Origin: Candidatus Methanoperedenaceae archaeon
GTDB taxonomy: Archaea > Halobacteriota > Methanosarcinia > Methanosarcinales > Methanoperedenaceae
Direction of reading: 5' to 3'
DNA length: 64,000 nt
Assembly (NCBI GenBank): GCA_963753595.1
Contig: CAVWCX010000020.1
Location: 1-64,000, forward strand
The notes under the pieces are model-generated. The model saw nothing but the letters and a program-made list of their open reading frames with translations, was not told where the DNA came from and made no database searches. This document shows, piece after piece, positions 8,524 to 20,324 of the stretch. Position numbers and translations under genes: made by a program. Within the stretch, counting starts at the first letter, position 1. Every line of letters begins with the position of its first letter.

Positions 8524-10209
8524 GTGAGCCTGCTTGATAGACAATACGTTTATGTGAGACGATACAGGAAAATCGTCGATGTATTGATCAAGCACGGTTT
8601 CGGATACCTTGTGGACAGGTTTGGGCTTCGCCCTTTCAGATCGTTCCGGGAGAAACTGTTCGGCCCCAAACCCCTCAAGGAACAGATGCTCATAAGCTCT
8701 GAAGCAAAAAGACTGCGGCTTGCGCTGGAAGAACTCGGCCCAACGTTCATAAAATTCGGGCAGATTTTAAGTACAAGGCATGACATTATCCCGGAGGAGT
8801 TCATAAAGGAACTCGAAAAGCTCCAGGACAGTGTTCCGCCATTTGAATTTTTAGATGCGAAAAAAGTGATTGAGAGGGAATTCGGTAAAAAATTAGAAGA
8901 TATTTTTCCTGCATTTAATCCGGAACAAATCGCTTCGGCTTCAATAGGACAGGTATATCGTGCTTCGTTGTTCGGGGGAGAAGGAGTGGCGGTTAAAGTC
9001 ATGAGACCCGGGGTTGAGGATATTATCGAGACCGATCTCATAATTTTATTGAGCATGGCAAAATTTGCAGAAAGGCATATAAAAGAAAGTAAATTTTTTA
9101 ATCCCGTGGGTTTTGTAGATGAATTTTCCCGGATCATGAGGCAAGAGATCGATTATACCCATGAAGCCCAGAATGCGGACAGGTTCCACTCCAATTTTGA
9201 AGGAAGTTCGACCGTCACGATCCCAAAAATGTACTGGGAATATTCCACAAAACATGTCCTGTGCCAGGAATTTTCAGAGGGTATAAAAATTACGGACATT
9301 GAAAAAATCGAGGCGGCAGGCCTTGATAAGAAAAAAATTTCAAGCGACCTTGCAAACGCATATTTGAAAATGATATTCGAAGATGGTTTTTATCATGCTG
9401 ATCCTCATCCAGGCAATATTCTTGTCTCGCAGGAGGGGAAAATCATCTTCCTGGATTTTGGAATGGCTGGACATATTGACCCCTTGCTTCGCGAAAATCT
9501 CACAAATCTCATAATATCGATACAATTGAATGATATTGATGTTCTTATCGAAGCTTTATCTGAGCTGGGACTTATCAGCGATGAAGGAAGCGAGAGCCTG
9601 GGGCTTCGGGCAAAACTTGAGGAATTGTTGAACAAATATTACAGCCTTTCCAGTAAATTCGTTGATCCGAGCGCGTTCCTGTTTGACATCATAGATGTTT
9701 TTTCACGAACCAGAGGAAAGATCCCAACAAATTTAATGCTTTTATCAAAAACACTTGTCATAAGGGATGAGATAAGCCGAAAGCTTGATCCCGATCATAA
9801 TTTTGGAGAAATGACAAGGCCCTATGTCCAAAAAATGCTTGAAGATCGAACAAAACCCTCAAATATATTAAAGAGTGCTGAAAAAACAATACTGGATTTT
9901 GTCAATTTGATGAAAAAATTCCCAAGAAGGCTGAACCATTTACTTACAAAAGCCGAAAAGGGAACACTCAAGCTTGAACTTGAACATCTGGGGCTTGATA
10001 ATCTTGTCGAGCAAATGGATATTATGAGCAACAGGTTGTCCTTTAGCATGATAATTGCTGCATTGATCGTGGGTTCTTCACTTATTATCCAGACCAGGAT
10101 GTCACCGAGTCTGTTCGGTGTGCCTCTTCTTGGCATAATCGGGTTCCTGATTGCAGGATTTTTTGGATTGGGGCTACTTATTTCGATCATCAGGTCGGGA
10201 AAGTGGTGA
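8524..10209 (+). CDS. AarF/ABC1/UbiB family kinase
   Basis: LGPTFIKFGQILSTR, ASASIGQVY, VAVKV, HADPHPGN, LDFG; C-terminal TM helices. Confidence 0.95.
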   Translation: MSLLDRQYVYVRRYRKIVDVLIKHGFGYLVDRFGLRPFRSFREKLFGPKPLKEQMLISSEAKRLRLALEELGPTFIKFGQILSTRHDIIPEEFIKELEKLQDSVPPFEFLDAKKVIEREFGKKLEDIFPAFNPEQIASASIGQVYRASLFGGEGVAVKVMRPGVEDIIETDLIILLSMAKFAERHIKESKFFNPVGFVDEFSRIMRQEIDYTHEAQNADRFHSNFEGSSTVTIPKMYWEYSTKHVLCQEFSEGIKITDIEKIEAAGLDKKKISSDLANAYLKMIFEDGFYHADPHPGNILVSQEGKIIFLDFGMAGHIDPLLRENLTNLIISIQLNDIDVLIEALSELGLISDEGSESLGLRAKLEELLNKYYSLSSKFVDPSAFLFDIIDVFSRTRGKIPTNLMLLSKTLVIRDEISRKLDPDHNFGEMTRPYVQKMLEDRTKPSNILKSAEKTILDFVNLMKKFPRRLNHLLTKAEKGTLKLELEHLGLDNLVEQMDIMSNRLSFSMIIAALIVGSSLIIQTRMSPSLFGVPLLGIIGFLIAGFFGLGLLISIIRSGKW

Positions 10210-10287
10210 CAATGCCGAAGTAAATTTTGATATTCTTAAAATAGCAGATTCAAAGAGTATATAAAACCCTCTGCACATTTATATTAC

Positions 10288-10686
10288 GTGGAAAAAATCA
10301 TTGAAGTGCTCGAAAAAGAACCTGAAGTCCTCTTTTCTTTCCTTTTTGGCTCGTATGCAAAAGGCATACAAAATGAACACAGTGACATTGATATTGCTAT
10401 TTATCTAATTGATGAGAGCCTGATTGAAAAAGATCCATTATATCCTTCAAGGCTTGCAATAAAAATTGAAAGAGCTCTCCCTGAAAAAAAAACAGTTGAC
10501 ATCAGGATACTCAATGGTTCAACCCTGAGGTTTCGAAGTCAGGTTTTAAGATTTGGAAAGCTTCTGTTCTCAAAAGATGAGAAAAAAAGAATTGAATTTG
10601 AAACATCTTCTTTAGATCTATATTATGATTTCAAACCCCACCTTGAAAGGTACGATGCCGCCAGGCGAGCGAGGATTGGCGTATGA
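10288..10686 (+). CDS. MNT minimal nucleotidyltransferase antitoxin (MntA-like)
   Basis: FGSYAKG..SDIDIA (GSx10DxD). Confidence 0.9.
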   Translation: MEKIIEVLEKEPEVLFSFLFGSYAKGIQNEHSDIDIAIYLIDESLIEKDPLYPSRLAIKIERALPEKKTVDIRILNGSTLRFRSQVLRFGKLLFSKDEKKRIEFETSSLDLYYDFKPHLERYDAARRARIGV

Positions 10687-11099
10687 TCAGTAATGAGGTC
10701 ATAAATGCCATGGTAGATCTCATCGAAGAGAATCTTGCGCTTATCGAAGAAATCAAAATGCAGGGATTTGAATCATTCTCAAATAATTTCAGGGACATTC
10801 AGGCTGCAAAGCACTCATTGCAGGAATCCATAGAGGCATGTCTTGATATAGGGAGTCATATAATAGCTGAAAAAGGCTTCAGAAGGGCAGAAGATTATAA
10901 GGATATTTATAATGTTCTCGAAGAAGAAAGAATCATAACCCCGGTTTTATCTTCGAAGCTTCAGGAAATGGCCAAATTCAGGAATTTGCTTGTTCATAGA
11001 TATGGTAAAATAGATACAAAAAGGATTTTCATCATAATGTCCGAAGATATCAACGATATCAAGCAGTTTGTCAACACGATATTGAAATATATTTCTTGA
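10683..11099 (+). CDS. HEPN (DUF86/HepT-like) RNase toxin
   Basis: FRNLLVHRY (Rx4H) motif; overlaps the MNT stop. Confidence 0.9.
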   Translation: MISNEVINAMVDLIEENLALIEEIKMQGFESFSNNFRDIQAAKHSLQESIEACLDIGSHIIAEKGFRRAEDYKDIYNVLEEERIITPVLSSKLQEMAKFRNLLVHRYGKIDTKRIFIIMSEDINDIKQFVNTILKYIS

Positions 11100-11128
11100 A
11101 AAACTCAAAACTGGAGAAAACAAGCAAA

Positions 11129-12673
11129 ATGGCAAACGAAACATCAACTATCATTAACAAAAGACCAGTCCTCCTGATGATCCTCGATGGCTTTGGCCTT
11201 AGCGAGAAAAAAGAGGGAAATGCAGTTGCAGCCGCAAAAACGCCTAACATTGACCGGCTTTTTTCAACGTTTCCTCATTCAACCCTTGAGGCATCAGGCA
11301 TGTCTGTCGGGCTTCCCGAAGGCCAGATGGGAAATTCCGAGGTGGGGCATCTTAATATAGGGGCGGGAAGGATCGTTTACCAGGACCTGACAAGGATAAC
11401 AAAATCGATAAAGGATGGCGATTTTTTCAACAATCCAATCCTCATTGATGCAATAGAAAATGTCAAAACAAAAGGTTCATCGCTGCATCTTTCAGGATTG
11501 CTTTCAGATGGCGGAGTACACAGCCACAACACTCATCTTTACGCTCTTCTTGAAATGGCAAAAAAACACGGCATCAGGAATGTTTTTGTCCATGCGTTCC
11601 TTGACGGCCGGGATGTGCCGCCAAAGAGCGCCCTTACTTATATTGCAGATGCGCAAATAAAGATGAAAGAACTGGGAGGAGAATTTGCAACAATATCCGG
11701 CAGGTATTTTGCAATGGACAGGGACAAAAGATGGGACAGGGTAAAAAAAGCATACGAAGCAATGACATCAGCAATTGGCGAGAACGCGCTGTCAGCGCGC
11801 CAGGCCGTTGAAAAAGCATACGAGCGCGGGGAGAATGATGAGTTTGTCACCCCAACTATAATTTTGAAAAACAATGAACCGGTTTCTGCAATTTCGAATG
11901 ATGATTCAGTGATTTTCTTTAATTTCCGTTCAGACCGCGCACGTGAAATAACCCGGGCTTTTATCGATAACGATTTCAATGACTTTAAACGAAAAAATTT
12001 CCCGCGTACACATTTTGTGTGCCTGACGCAGTATGATGAGACCTTCGAAGTTCCAGTTGCATTTCCTCCTGAGTCTCTTAAAAATATCCTTGCAGATGTA
12101 TTGTCCCGTCACAATTTAAAACAGCTTCGGATAGCAGAAACAGAAAAATACGCACACGTCACATTTTTCTTCAATGGCGGACGGGAAACGCCTGTAAAAG
12201 GAGAGGAAAGGATTCTGGTGCCCTCCCCGAAAGTAGCCACCTATGACCATCAACCTGAAATGAGCGCTTATCCTGTAACCGATGAAGTTGTTAAAGCGGT
12301 ATTATCAGGCAAGTTTGATCTGATCATCCTTAATTATGCAAATCTTGACATGGTCGGGCACACCGGAATATTTGATGCCGCTGTTAAAGCCACTGAGGCC
12401 GTAGATAAATGCATTGGAAAGGTGTTCGAAGCAGTAGGAGTTGCAGGCGGACTATTGATATTGACAGCAGACCATGGCAATGCCGAGCAGATGCTTGATG
12501 AAACAGGCGGGATACACACAGCCCACACATGTGACCCTGTGCCATTTGTTTTTTGTGACGCCGGGGTCAGGCTAAAAGACGGAATACTTGCAGATATAGC
12601 CCCGACGCTTCTTGAAGTCCTGGGAATTGAAAAACCCGGGGAGATGACGGGAAAATCTCTTTTAGTGGGATAG
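11129..12673 (+). CDS. gpmI: 2,3-bisphosphoglycerate-independent phosphoglycerate mutase
   Basis: [47 protein letters not shown]. Confidence 0.95.
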   Translation: MANETSTIINKRPVLLMILDGFGLSEKKEGNAVAAAKTPNIDRLFSTFPHSTLEASGMSVGLPEGQMGNSEVGHLNIGAGRIVYQDLTRITKSIKDGDFFNNPILIDAIENVKTKGSSLHLSGLLSDGGVHSHNTHLYALLEMAKKHGIRNVFVHAFLDGRDVPPKSALTYIADAQIKMKELGGEFATISGRYFAMDRDKRWDRVKKAYEAMTSAIGENALSARQAVEKAYERGENDEFVTPTIILKNNEPVSAISNDDSVIFFNFRSDRAREITRAFIDNDFNDFKRKNFPRTHFVCLTQYDETFEVPVAFPPESLKNILADVLSRHNLKQLRIAETEKYAHVTFFFNGGRETPVKGEERILVPSPKVATYDHQPEMSAYPVTDEVVKAVLSGKFDLIILNYANLDMVGHTGIFDAAVKATEAVDKCIGKVFEAVGVAGGLLILTADHGNAEQMLDETGGIHTAHTCDPVPFVFCDAGVRLKDGILADIAPTLLEVLGIEKPGEMTGKSLLVG

Positions 12674-12754
12674 GGACTTATAGCTAAAAAAATTAGGGTC
12701 GTTGACCGTCTTTATATAATCTATATATACTTTTTAAACATATTATTCATATAT

Positions 12755-13873
12755 ATGGATTCCAACAGCGATTTGACCATCCTGAATGGTAAACTCACTA
12801 TTCTTGTGGCTTTCGGACATGGGGGAGAACTGGATAAAACCCAGTTAAGGAGATTCATTGGTTCGGAAGTTATTTCGGAAAAATGGAATAAACCCATAGA
12901 GGTGGAACAATCCGAATGCCTTACTGTCATAGTGGCAGGCAGTGAGAAAATAACATGCACTACGAATGTATATTCCGATGCATTTATCGCAGGCGCCTCG
13001 ATACTTCGTACAGAAATAGAGATAAGGGACAGGATATTGTTAAATGATATTCTGGTAGCTCTCCATTCAAACACGATAATCGTAGAAGGTCTTGATTTCC
13101 AGTCTTTTGCGGTCAAGAAAGTAAAAGAATTGCGCAAAAAACTGAATCCTGATATTAATATTGAATATTACCCGCATTTTAAAAAATATACTCTTCTTCG
13201 ACTTAAGGATTTTACACCAAAGCTTGACCAGAAAGGCCTGAAAGAACAATATGGTGAGATAATAACGCGTTTCCTGTCAGGAGAGACATCCATCCGCAGG
13301 CTTCACAGCAAAGAGATCGCTGAAAAGCTTTCTAATGACCTCTCATACTACGATGAAGACCTTTTCCTTGCTTCAACTGAAGGCGTATTTATACTGGGAT
13401 GCGAGGATTATATCAAGGATCTTCGCGAACTGCTTGAACTTGCCATCTCACTTCTCCTTTTGTTCCAGCTTTATGACCAGAAGATCGATGCTGAGATCAC
13501 AAACGCTTTTGATGCAATAAAAAAACTTAGCAGTTCAAGGTATTATTTCCTTACGCAGGTTCCCAGAAAGCTTGAAAAATCCCTGTTGAAAGTAAGCGAG
13601 ATAGGGCTTGTTATTCTTGATGATATCGAAGACCTCATGAATCCCCAGAAAGTTACACAGGACTGGTACTACCAGTCAACCTACCAGAAAATGCTGAACA
13701 CTCTCAAAGTTGGGGACTTTGAGAAAGTTGTACAGCATAAGATCGATTCGCTGCAAGACCTCTATATCACAGCAAGAGAGTTGTCTTCAGAGCAATTAAA
13801 TATATTGCTTGAAATCGCAATCGTATTATTGATCCTGTGGGAAGTTGTTAAACCAGCTCTTGTTCCAGGATAA
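12755..13873 (+). CDS. Hypothetical protein with RMD1/DUF155-like C-terminal TM tail
   Basis: 372-aa ORF ending LNILLEIAIVLLILWEV. Confidence 0.55.
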   Translation: MDSNSDLTILNGKLTILVAFGHGGELDKTQLRRFIGSEVISEKWNKPIEVEQSECLTVIVAGSEKITCTTNVYSDAFIAGASILRTEIEIRDRILLNDILVALHSNTIIVEGLDFQSFAVKKVKELRKKLNPDINIEYYPHFKKYTLLRLKDFTPKLDQKGLKEQYGEIITRFLSGETSIRRLHSKEIAEKLSNDLSYYDEDLFLASTEGVFILGCEDYIKDLRELLELAISLLLLFQLYDQKIDAEITNAFDAIKKLSSSRYYFLTQVPRKLEKSLLKVSEIGLVILDDIEDLMNPQKVTQDWYYQSTYQKMLNTLKVGDFEKVVQHKIDSLQDLYITARELSSEQLNILLEIAIVLLILWEVVKPALVPG

Positions 13874-14572
13874 TTATTCAGTAACTTCCGGCTCTCTAAC
13901 CACTGGCTCTAATATTTCCTTGTTATATTTCTCAACGTAAATTATTTCCTTGATCCCGGTGTTATCGATCACTTCACGTGCGACCTGTCTTTTGGACATG
14001 AGCCATCTCTGGCTATATGTCATTTCAGGTTCGATCTCAACTGTTACCGTGCCATCATTTAACTGAACGGGCAAATCTTTTCCGACATATAACCCGATGA
14101 GACCTTTTACCTTGCCCTCGTCATCATCAATTTTCTCTTTTATTTCATAGTCATATATTACGGTTTGCCCTGCAAGGAACCTGTTAAAGTCAACCTGCAC
14201 CATCCTGCCGATCGCTCTTATTACAACTCCGGGGCGGCCATCTATCTCTACAGGCATTCCAACCTGGACTCTCTGGGCGAACTTTGTAGTTGGTATGCTT
14301 TCAATAAGTTCAGGATTCCTATGGCCGAAGGCTTTCTCCGGCGGGATCGTTACGCTTCCGGTATATCCAACTTCCTTTCCCACAAAATCCTCATCCAATC
14401 CTGCAATTGTATGCTTTGCACCTACTATAACGACATCTCCGCCGTATTTTCCCTTTTCATTATAAATGCTGTTTGCTTTTGCAACATCTTCCTCGGTCGT
14501 ATCAAAAACGCGGCCTTCATCTGTTTTTCCGGAATATGAAACTCTTATAAAATCGCCTTTTTCAATAGTCAT
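13874..14572 (-). CDS. FKBP-type peptidyl-prolyl isomerase (long archaeal SlyD type)
   Basis: GDFIRVSY, VFDTT, IPPEKAFG, VDFNRFLAG. Confidence 0.92.
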   Translation of the reverse strand: MTIEKGDFIRVSYSGKTDEGRVFDTTEEDVAKANSIYNEKGKYGGDVVIVGAKHTIAGLDEDFVGKEVGYTGSVTIPPEKAFGHRNPELIESIPTTKFAQRVQVGMPVEIDGRPGVVIRAIGRMVQVDFNRFLAGQTVIYDYEIKEKIDDDEGKVKGLIGLYVGKDLPVQLNDGTVTVEIEPEMTYSQRWLMSKRQVAREVIDNTGIKEIIYVEKYNKEILEPVVREPEVTE

Positions 14573-14750
14573 AATAAATCATGTCCTTTTTTTGGATTCT
14601 TCATGTATCAAAGGTATAAAATACTTACTTACTGAATAGTCTGGAAAGTTTCTGGGTTCCAGTGGTTGTGTAAATATATGATGTTCTGCTCCTTGTTTAG
14701 TGGACGCGCCTCTCGAATTTAAACCAGATCATAAACTCATTAGTTCGAGG

Positions 14751-15845
14751 TTACTTTGTCCCCTTTTTCAACCCCCCGACCACAGCATCATACCTCTGGC
14801 AGATCCTTTTCACAACATCCGTTTCTGCATTCTTATGGGTGGGTATCAGGATATCAGCCCCGCCGCCTATTTCCTTCCCTTCACTTGATGTACCGTAATC
14901 CGGCGCTATCTTCATGCCATCCCCCGATATCCCCAGTCCCATTTCATTGATCATCCGTGATACCATTTCTGTCTGGGGCATGACTTTTACAGTTATGAAA
15001 TTAGCTTTTTCGATATACTCATCCTTTAATTCCGAAATGTATTGGATGCTCCCCTTTACCTTTCTTTTACTGCCATATTCGGCAAGGATATTGATGGAGT
15101 TGATCAGGTCTTCAAAAGTTGTAGCCTGGATCTCAATTATCCTTCCGTCAAAGATCTTGCTCACTCTTTCCCTGTAGCCTTTTGAAATTACAAGAACACC
15201 CAGCTCCTGTATGCGGTCATGTTCCTCTTCGCTGGGTGTGTACGGATTAATAACATTATATTCTGCTATACCACAAAGCTCCATCAAAGATTCATACATG
15301 GGACTTACACCTATTCCCTGCTTTCCGAGCCACTTGTCAAGTCCCATTTTCTGCTCCCTGGCAAGTTCTATGATCTTTCTTTTTATGGCTTCAGGGTCGC
15401 CGGATTCAAGATTAAAATACTCAGCGAACCTCTGTGTGGTGGCAAGAAGCCGCGTTCTTCCCTGCTGGACCGCCGAGACAAAACCGCTTTCTTCAAGTTC
15501 CCTCACATGATCATAGGTCGCAGGACCTCTCCTGTCAACAAGTTCCGCTACGGTTATGGGCTGATGATAAGCTACCATTGCAAGTGTCCGAAGAACAGGT
15601 GAGCGCAGCTCTTTAGGAGCTATTGACCGTACCCTTTCAGCAAATTCGGGTTTTACCTGCATTATGAACCTGCCATCCATTTCCTTTATCTCAATAGAGC
15701 TATCGCGCGCTATGTATTCTTCCGCCAGTTGCAGGAGCAACTCCCTGGCATTCTTTCCCCGGACCAGGTTCTTAAGCTGTCCGATATCAAGAGGCTCACC
15801 AGATGCAAAAAGCGCAGCTTCTAATATTTCCTTATCCCCGCTCAT
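14751..15845 (-). CDS. scpB: SMC-Scp complex subunit ScpB with C-terminal extension
   Basis: LEAALFASGEP, LRTLAMVAYHQPIT, TTQRFAEYF. Confidence 0.9.
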   Translation of the reverse strand: MSGDKEILEAALFASGEPLDIGQLKNLVRGKNARELLLQLAEEYIARDSSIEIKEMDGRFIMQVKPEFAERVRSIAPKELRSPVLRTLAMVAYHQPITVAELVDRRGPATYDHVRELEESGFVSAVQQGRTRLLATTQRFAEYFNLESGDPEAIKRKIIELAREQKMGLDKWLGKQGIGVSPMYESLMELCGIAEYNVINPYTPSEEEHDRIQELGVLVISKGYRERVSKIFDGRIIEIQATTFEDLINSINILAEYGSKRKVKGSIQYISELKDEYIEKANFITVKVMPQTEMVSRMINEMGLGISGDGMKIAPDYGTSSEGKEIGGGADILIPTHKNAETDVVKRICQRYDAVVGGLKKGTK

Positions 15846-16534
15846 GATGCCGCCCTGCTTATGAAAAGTTCACCAAAGAATTCTTCCTGTTCTATCCATA
15901 TCTCCTTTCTTGTAGCAAGGAATAAGATCGCAAGATAAGCCATTAACATTCCCGTCCTGTCAAGAGGAGATGACAGTTCTGAAAATTTAATAGATTTTTG
16001 TTTTTCCAATAATTCATTTAATATTGACCTCATCTTATCGATCCTGCTTTCTATATCTTCATCATGTGCAACTGAAAGAACATCTTCAAGAGTTGCCCTG
16101 ATCTCATCCTTTTTATTGTCAACGCGATTAAGTCTCTTTTTTTCATATGCTTCTGCTTTCTTTAATTCAGTCAATAATTCTTCAAGCGTCACAGGTCGTT
16201 TTGAATATCGGCGAAGAGGCATGGAAGGCACCGGATAATCGCTTATTTCAAAATTATCAGACTCAAGATCAATCTCCTCCCGGGGTTCTTCCACTTCAAC
16301 CAGAGCATTTGATTTCATGCGCAGCAATATCGAAGCGTAAAGAAGAGTTCGCCCGGATACGCGAAGATCCATTTTCTCTAGTTCATCAACTTTCTTTAAG
16401 AATATATCGGTAAGTTCAACGATGTTGATATTCCATGGGTCGATCTCACCATTTTTTGCAAGATTTACCAGGATTTCAATTGGCTCTTCCAGTATATCTT
16501 CCTCCGGAATTACCTTCACCTCACCTTCAGTCAT
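15842..16534 (-). CDS. scpA: Segregation/condensation protein A (kleisin)
   Basis: IDPWNINIVELTD, LLYASILLRMKS, QEEFFGEL. Confidence 0.92.
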   Translation of the reverse strand: MTEGEVKVIPEEDILEEPIEILVNLAKNGEIDPWNINIVELTDIFLKKVDELEKMDLRVSGRTLLYASILLRMKSNALVEVEEPREEIDLESDNFEISDYPVPSMPLRRYSKRPVTLEELLTELKKAEAYEKKRLNRVDNKKDEIRATLEDVLSVAHDEDIESRIDKMRSILNELLEKQKSIKFSELSSPLDRTGMLMAYLAILFLATRKEIWIEQEEFFGELFISRAAS

Positions 16535-16575
16535 ATTCTGATGATAATAAGCATATAAAGCACATAAGCATTTTG

Positions 16576-17496
16576 TTATATATTCTGTTTCCTGCCGTCC
16601 TTTGATAACAGCACTACACGGCTTCCACTTGAATCATCTGCAATGTAATACCCTAGCGTTTGGGCAACCTGTCTTGAAAACCCAAGAACCTCATCATGTG
16701 AAGGCATATTTTCCTGGGAAAGCCGCTTTCTTGAAAAACCAAGGTGCATATAAGCTTTCAATTCTACATAATCAGGTTGGGCAAGTTCTATAAGGTGTGC
16801 GTAACCTTCCGGGTCCACCATATTCACACCTTTGGTCAGGGTTATCCTGACCGCTGTTCTTGTGCCTGATTGTTTCAGGATTCCAAGTGACTGCTTTATG
16901 TTTTCCCAGCTATTTCCGATAGGTGAACATGCTTTTTCATATATATTTTCATCGGGTGCATTAAGGCTTATATACAGCTGCGTGGGTTTTATTTTTTCTA
17001 CCATTTCAGGTATGGTGCCGTTTGTGACTACAAAAGTGGTCATGTCATTTTTATGGAACTCTTCTATGAGTTCAGGAAGGTAGGGATAGATTGTAGGCTC
17101 ACCTGATAGCGAAATTGCCACATGTTTCGGGGAAAATGCTTCTTTCCACCTTGTTTTATCCATGAATTCCGAACCGCCGTAACCTGAAATAAGCCTGCGG
17201 TGTTCATCAAAAACTCCCTTAACAATATCTTCAGGCGAATCCCATACATGAGGGACTTCTACCGGCACTTCGACCGCCCGCCAGCAATGAAGGCACCTGT
17301 GGTTACAAACCAGCGTGGGAGTCATCTGTATGCAGCGGTGAGAAGTCATTCCGTAGAACTTTGATTTATAACATGCCCCGGTATTGCGGATGCTCTTGTT
17401 AAGCCACAGGCATGTTTTCACAGCGCTATGGGTACCAGCAAGGTGATAACCATGTTTTTTAAGGATCGTTTTTGTAGTCTCTGGTAATGAAGTCAT
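16576..17496 (-). CDS. taw1: 4-demethylwyosine synthase (radical SAM)
   Basis: HSAVKTCLW, CYKSKFYG..SHRCIQMTP, CNHRCLHCWR, ISLSGEPT. Confidence 0.93.
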   Translation of the reverse strand: MTSLPETTKTILKKHGYHLAGTHSAVKTCLWLNKSIRNTGACYKSKFYGMTSHRCIQMTPTLVCNHRCLHCWRAVEVPVEVPHVWDSPEDIVKGVFDEHRRLISGYGGSEFMDKTRWKEAFSPKHVAISLSGEPTIYPYLPELIEEFHKNDMTTFVVTNGTIPEMVEKIKPTQLYISLNAPDENIYEKACSPIGNSWENIKQSLGILKQSGTRTAVRITLTKGVNMVDPEGYAHLIELAQPDYVELKAYMHLGFSRKRLSQENMPSHDEVLGFSRQVAQTLGYYIADDSSGSRVVLLSKDGRKQNI

Positions 17497-17621
17497 TTCT
17501 ATTATATGTCTGGAAATTAATTGCCCTGCAATAAATTGGCATGAATATATAGATTTACATGAACAAAAAGTTATTATATGGTAAATACCATCATTTGAAG
17601 AAAACCTTTAGAGGTAATTTA

Positions 17622-18818
17622 ATGGCAAGAAACATTCGCGTGGAAAAAATCACACAAACTCCGATCGAAAAGCAGGAGATTGAAATAGTAGAAAGAAAAG
17701 GAGTAGGGCACCCGGACAGCATGGCTGACGGCTTTGCAGAAGCAGTGAGCAGGGCGCTTTGCAATGAATATATCAAAAAATGCGGCACGATCCTTCATCA
17801 TAATACAGACCAGGTCGAAGTCGTAGCCGGCCGCTCCCATCCTGAATATAAAGGGGGAGAATTGATCTCACCGATTTACGTGTTACTCGTAGGAAGGGCA
17901 ACAAAAGAATTTAAAGATATAAAAATAGCCGCAGATACCACAGCCATAAGAGCTGCAAAGAATTATCTTAAAACTACTCTTCCTGATATTGATTCCGAGC
18001 ACGATATTATCATAGATTGTAAACTGGGTACAGGCTCAACAGACCTTCAGAGTGTTTTTAATCGCAGAAAAGCGCCAATGGCTAATGATACATCTTTTGG
18101 TGTAGGTCATGCTCCTTTTTCTGAAGTTGAGCAGATCGTTTATAATACCGAACGAAAGATGGTCTTGAATTTCAAGAAGGATCTTCCCGCCATCGGAACA
18201 GATATCAAGGTCATGGGTATGAGAAAGAATGATAAAATAACCCTCACTGTCGCATGTGCCATGATAGGTAAATATGTTGATGACCAGTCACATTATTTTA
18301 ATATAAAGGAAGAACTTCGCAGTAAAATATGCGATCTTGCTTTAGAATACACTGACAGGGAAGTAGAAGTCTTCGTCAATACAGGCGATGATGAAAAAAC
18401 AGGGTCGGTTTACCTGACAGTCACAGGAACTTCTGCTGAAATGGGTGATGACGGCTCAGTCGGGCGCGGTAACAGGTGCAACGGCCTTATAACGCCTAAC
18501 AGGCCTATGAGCATGGAAGCCACAAGCGGAAAGAACCCCATAAACCATGTTGGAAAACTATACAACCTTCTTTCTAACCAGATTGCAAAGGATATTGCAA
18601 CAAATGTCTCAGGTATCGAAGATGTGTATATCAGGATACTTTCCCAGATAGGTCATCCGATCGATGAACCCTTGATCGCGAGCGCCCAGGTCATACCGCA
18701 AGACGGCGCCAATATGAAAGAGATCAAATCAGAGTCTGAAGCGATCATTGATAAATGGCTTGCAGATATCACAAAGATCACAGATATGACTACAAGAGGA
18801 GAGCTGGAAACTTTCTAG
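17622..18818 (+). CDS. mat: Archaeal methionine adenosyltransferase (copy 1)
   Basis: [45 protein letters not shown]; GAGGT RBS. Confidence 0.95.
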   Translation: MARNIRVEKITQTPIEKQEIEIVERKGVGHPDSMADGFAEAVSRALCNEYIKKCGTILHHNTDQVEVVAGRSHPEYKGGELISPIYVLLVGRATKEFKDIKIAADTTAIRAAKNYLKTTLPDIDSEHDIIIDCKLGTGSTDLQSVFNRRKAPMANDTSFGVGHAPFSEVEQIVYNTERKMVLNFKKDLPAIGTDIKVMGMRKNDKITLTVACAMIGKYVDDQSHYFNIKEELRSKICDLALEYTDREVEVFVNTGDDEKTGSVYLTVTGTSAEMGDDGSVGRGNRCNGLITPNRPMSMEATSGKNPINHVGKLYNLLSNQIAKDIATNVSGIEDVYIRILSQIGHPIDEPLIASAQVIPQDGANMKEIKSESEAIIDKWLADITKITDMTTRGELETF

Positions 18819-19213
18819 CTTTCCATTATTTTTATATTTACAGTGCGCTTGCGTGGGCCGTCAAGTTCAACAAAGAATATTTGCTGCCATGTGCCAAGCA
18901 CAAGGTGCCCATCTTCAACAGGGACGATCTCACTCATCCCCAGAAAGACAGCGCGCAGATGAGCGTGTGCATTATTATCAATTTGATTGTGCGCATAGCT
19001 TTTGTTTTCCGGAATATGGTTTTCTAACATATCCAATATATCATTCCTGAGCCCCCGCTCATTCTCGTTGATTATTATGCTGCTTGTGCTGTGGCGCGTG
19101 GAGATGACGCAAATACCATCTGTTATCCCGCTTTCTTTTACGACAGCCCGGACGCGGTCGGTTATGTCGATAAGTTCAGTTTGAGTTGTGGTCTGGATAT
19201 CCATGAATCTCAC
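18815..19213 (-). CDS. YjbQ/UPF0047 family protein
   Basis: HSTSSIIINENE, DNNAHAHL, LGTWQQIFFVELDGP. Confidence 0.9.
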   Translation of the reverse strand: MRFMDIQTTTQTELIDITDRVRAVVKESGITDGICVISTRHSTSSIIINENERGLRNDILDMLENHIPENKSYAHNQIDNNAHAHLRAVFLGMSEIVPVEDGHLVLGTWQQIFFVELDGPRKRTVNIKIMES

Positions 19214-19280
19214 CCTATAATATAAATGAATTTAAGAAATGCATAAGCTTTTTGATTATTACAAAGATATAGCTGGTCAA

Positions 19281-19892
19281 ATGGTATCAAAAGGAAAACT
19301 AATCACTCTTGAAGGAATTGACGGAACTGGTAAATCAAGTATCACTAAGATGCTCCAGAATAAATTTCCTGGGGCTGTTTTCACGCGGGAACCCACACAC
19401 AGCTGGATAGGACGTGCTGTGAAAACAGCGATTGACTCCGATACTGATCCTCTTGCAGAATTTTTTCTATTTGTGGCAGACCATGCCGAGCATATCGCCA
19501 GGGTTATAAAACCATCCATCGCCCAGGGGAAGAATGTAATATCAGATAGATATTCCGATAGCAGGTATGCATATCAGGGGGCAACGTTATCTAATATTTT
19601 CGATGATGCCATGGAATTTGCACAGAGTATCCATAAAGGCTGGACAGTCGTCCCCGATCTTACTATTCTTTTCACTATCGATCCAGCCATTGCTGTATCA
19701 AGATGCGGTGTCCGGGGAGAGAAAACAAAATTTGAAAAGATCGAGTTTTTAAAGACCGTCCAGGGGAATTTTCTAAAGCTTGCAGAAAGAGAACCGGAGA
19801 GGTTTGTGGTAATTGATTCCGGACTGGATCTTTCATCGGTTGAATTTCAGGTTGAGAATGTTATAAAAGAATTTCTGGGAAAGCATACATAA
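19281..19892 (+). CDS. tmk: Thymidylate kinase
   Basis: LEGIDGTGKS, TREP, SDRYSDS..AYQG. Confidence 0.93.
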   Translation: MVSKGKLITLEGIDGTGKSSITKMLQNKFPGAVFTREPTHSWIGRAVKTAIDSDTDPLAEFFLFVADHAEHIARVIKPSIAQGKNVISDRYSDSRYAYQGATLSNIFDDAMEFAQSIHKGWTVVPDLTILFTIDPAIAVSRCGVRGEKTKFEKIEFLKTVQGNFLKLAEREPERFVVIDSGLDLSSVEFQVENVIKEFLGKHT

Positions 19893-19917
19893 ATAATGAT
19901 GACTTAAGCAAAAATAA

Positions 19918-20274
<357 letters not shown>

Positions 20275-20324
20275 ACAACGAGATCAAGTTCTGCGTTCCA
20301 ATTTCTCGTATTCCCTGACAGTTT

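Noticed and set aside
14751-16534. scpA/scpB as a Wadjet/Mks-type defence system
   Set aside because: Sequences are canonical housekeeping ScpA/ScpB; no SMC-like or JetD gene is adjacent.
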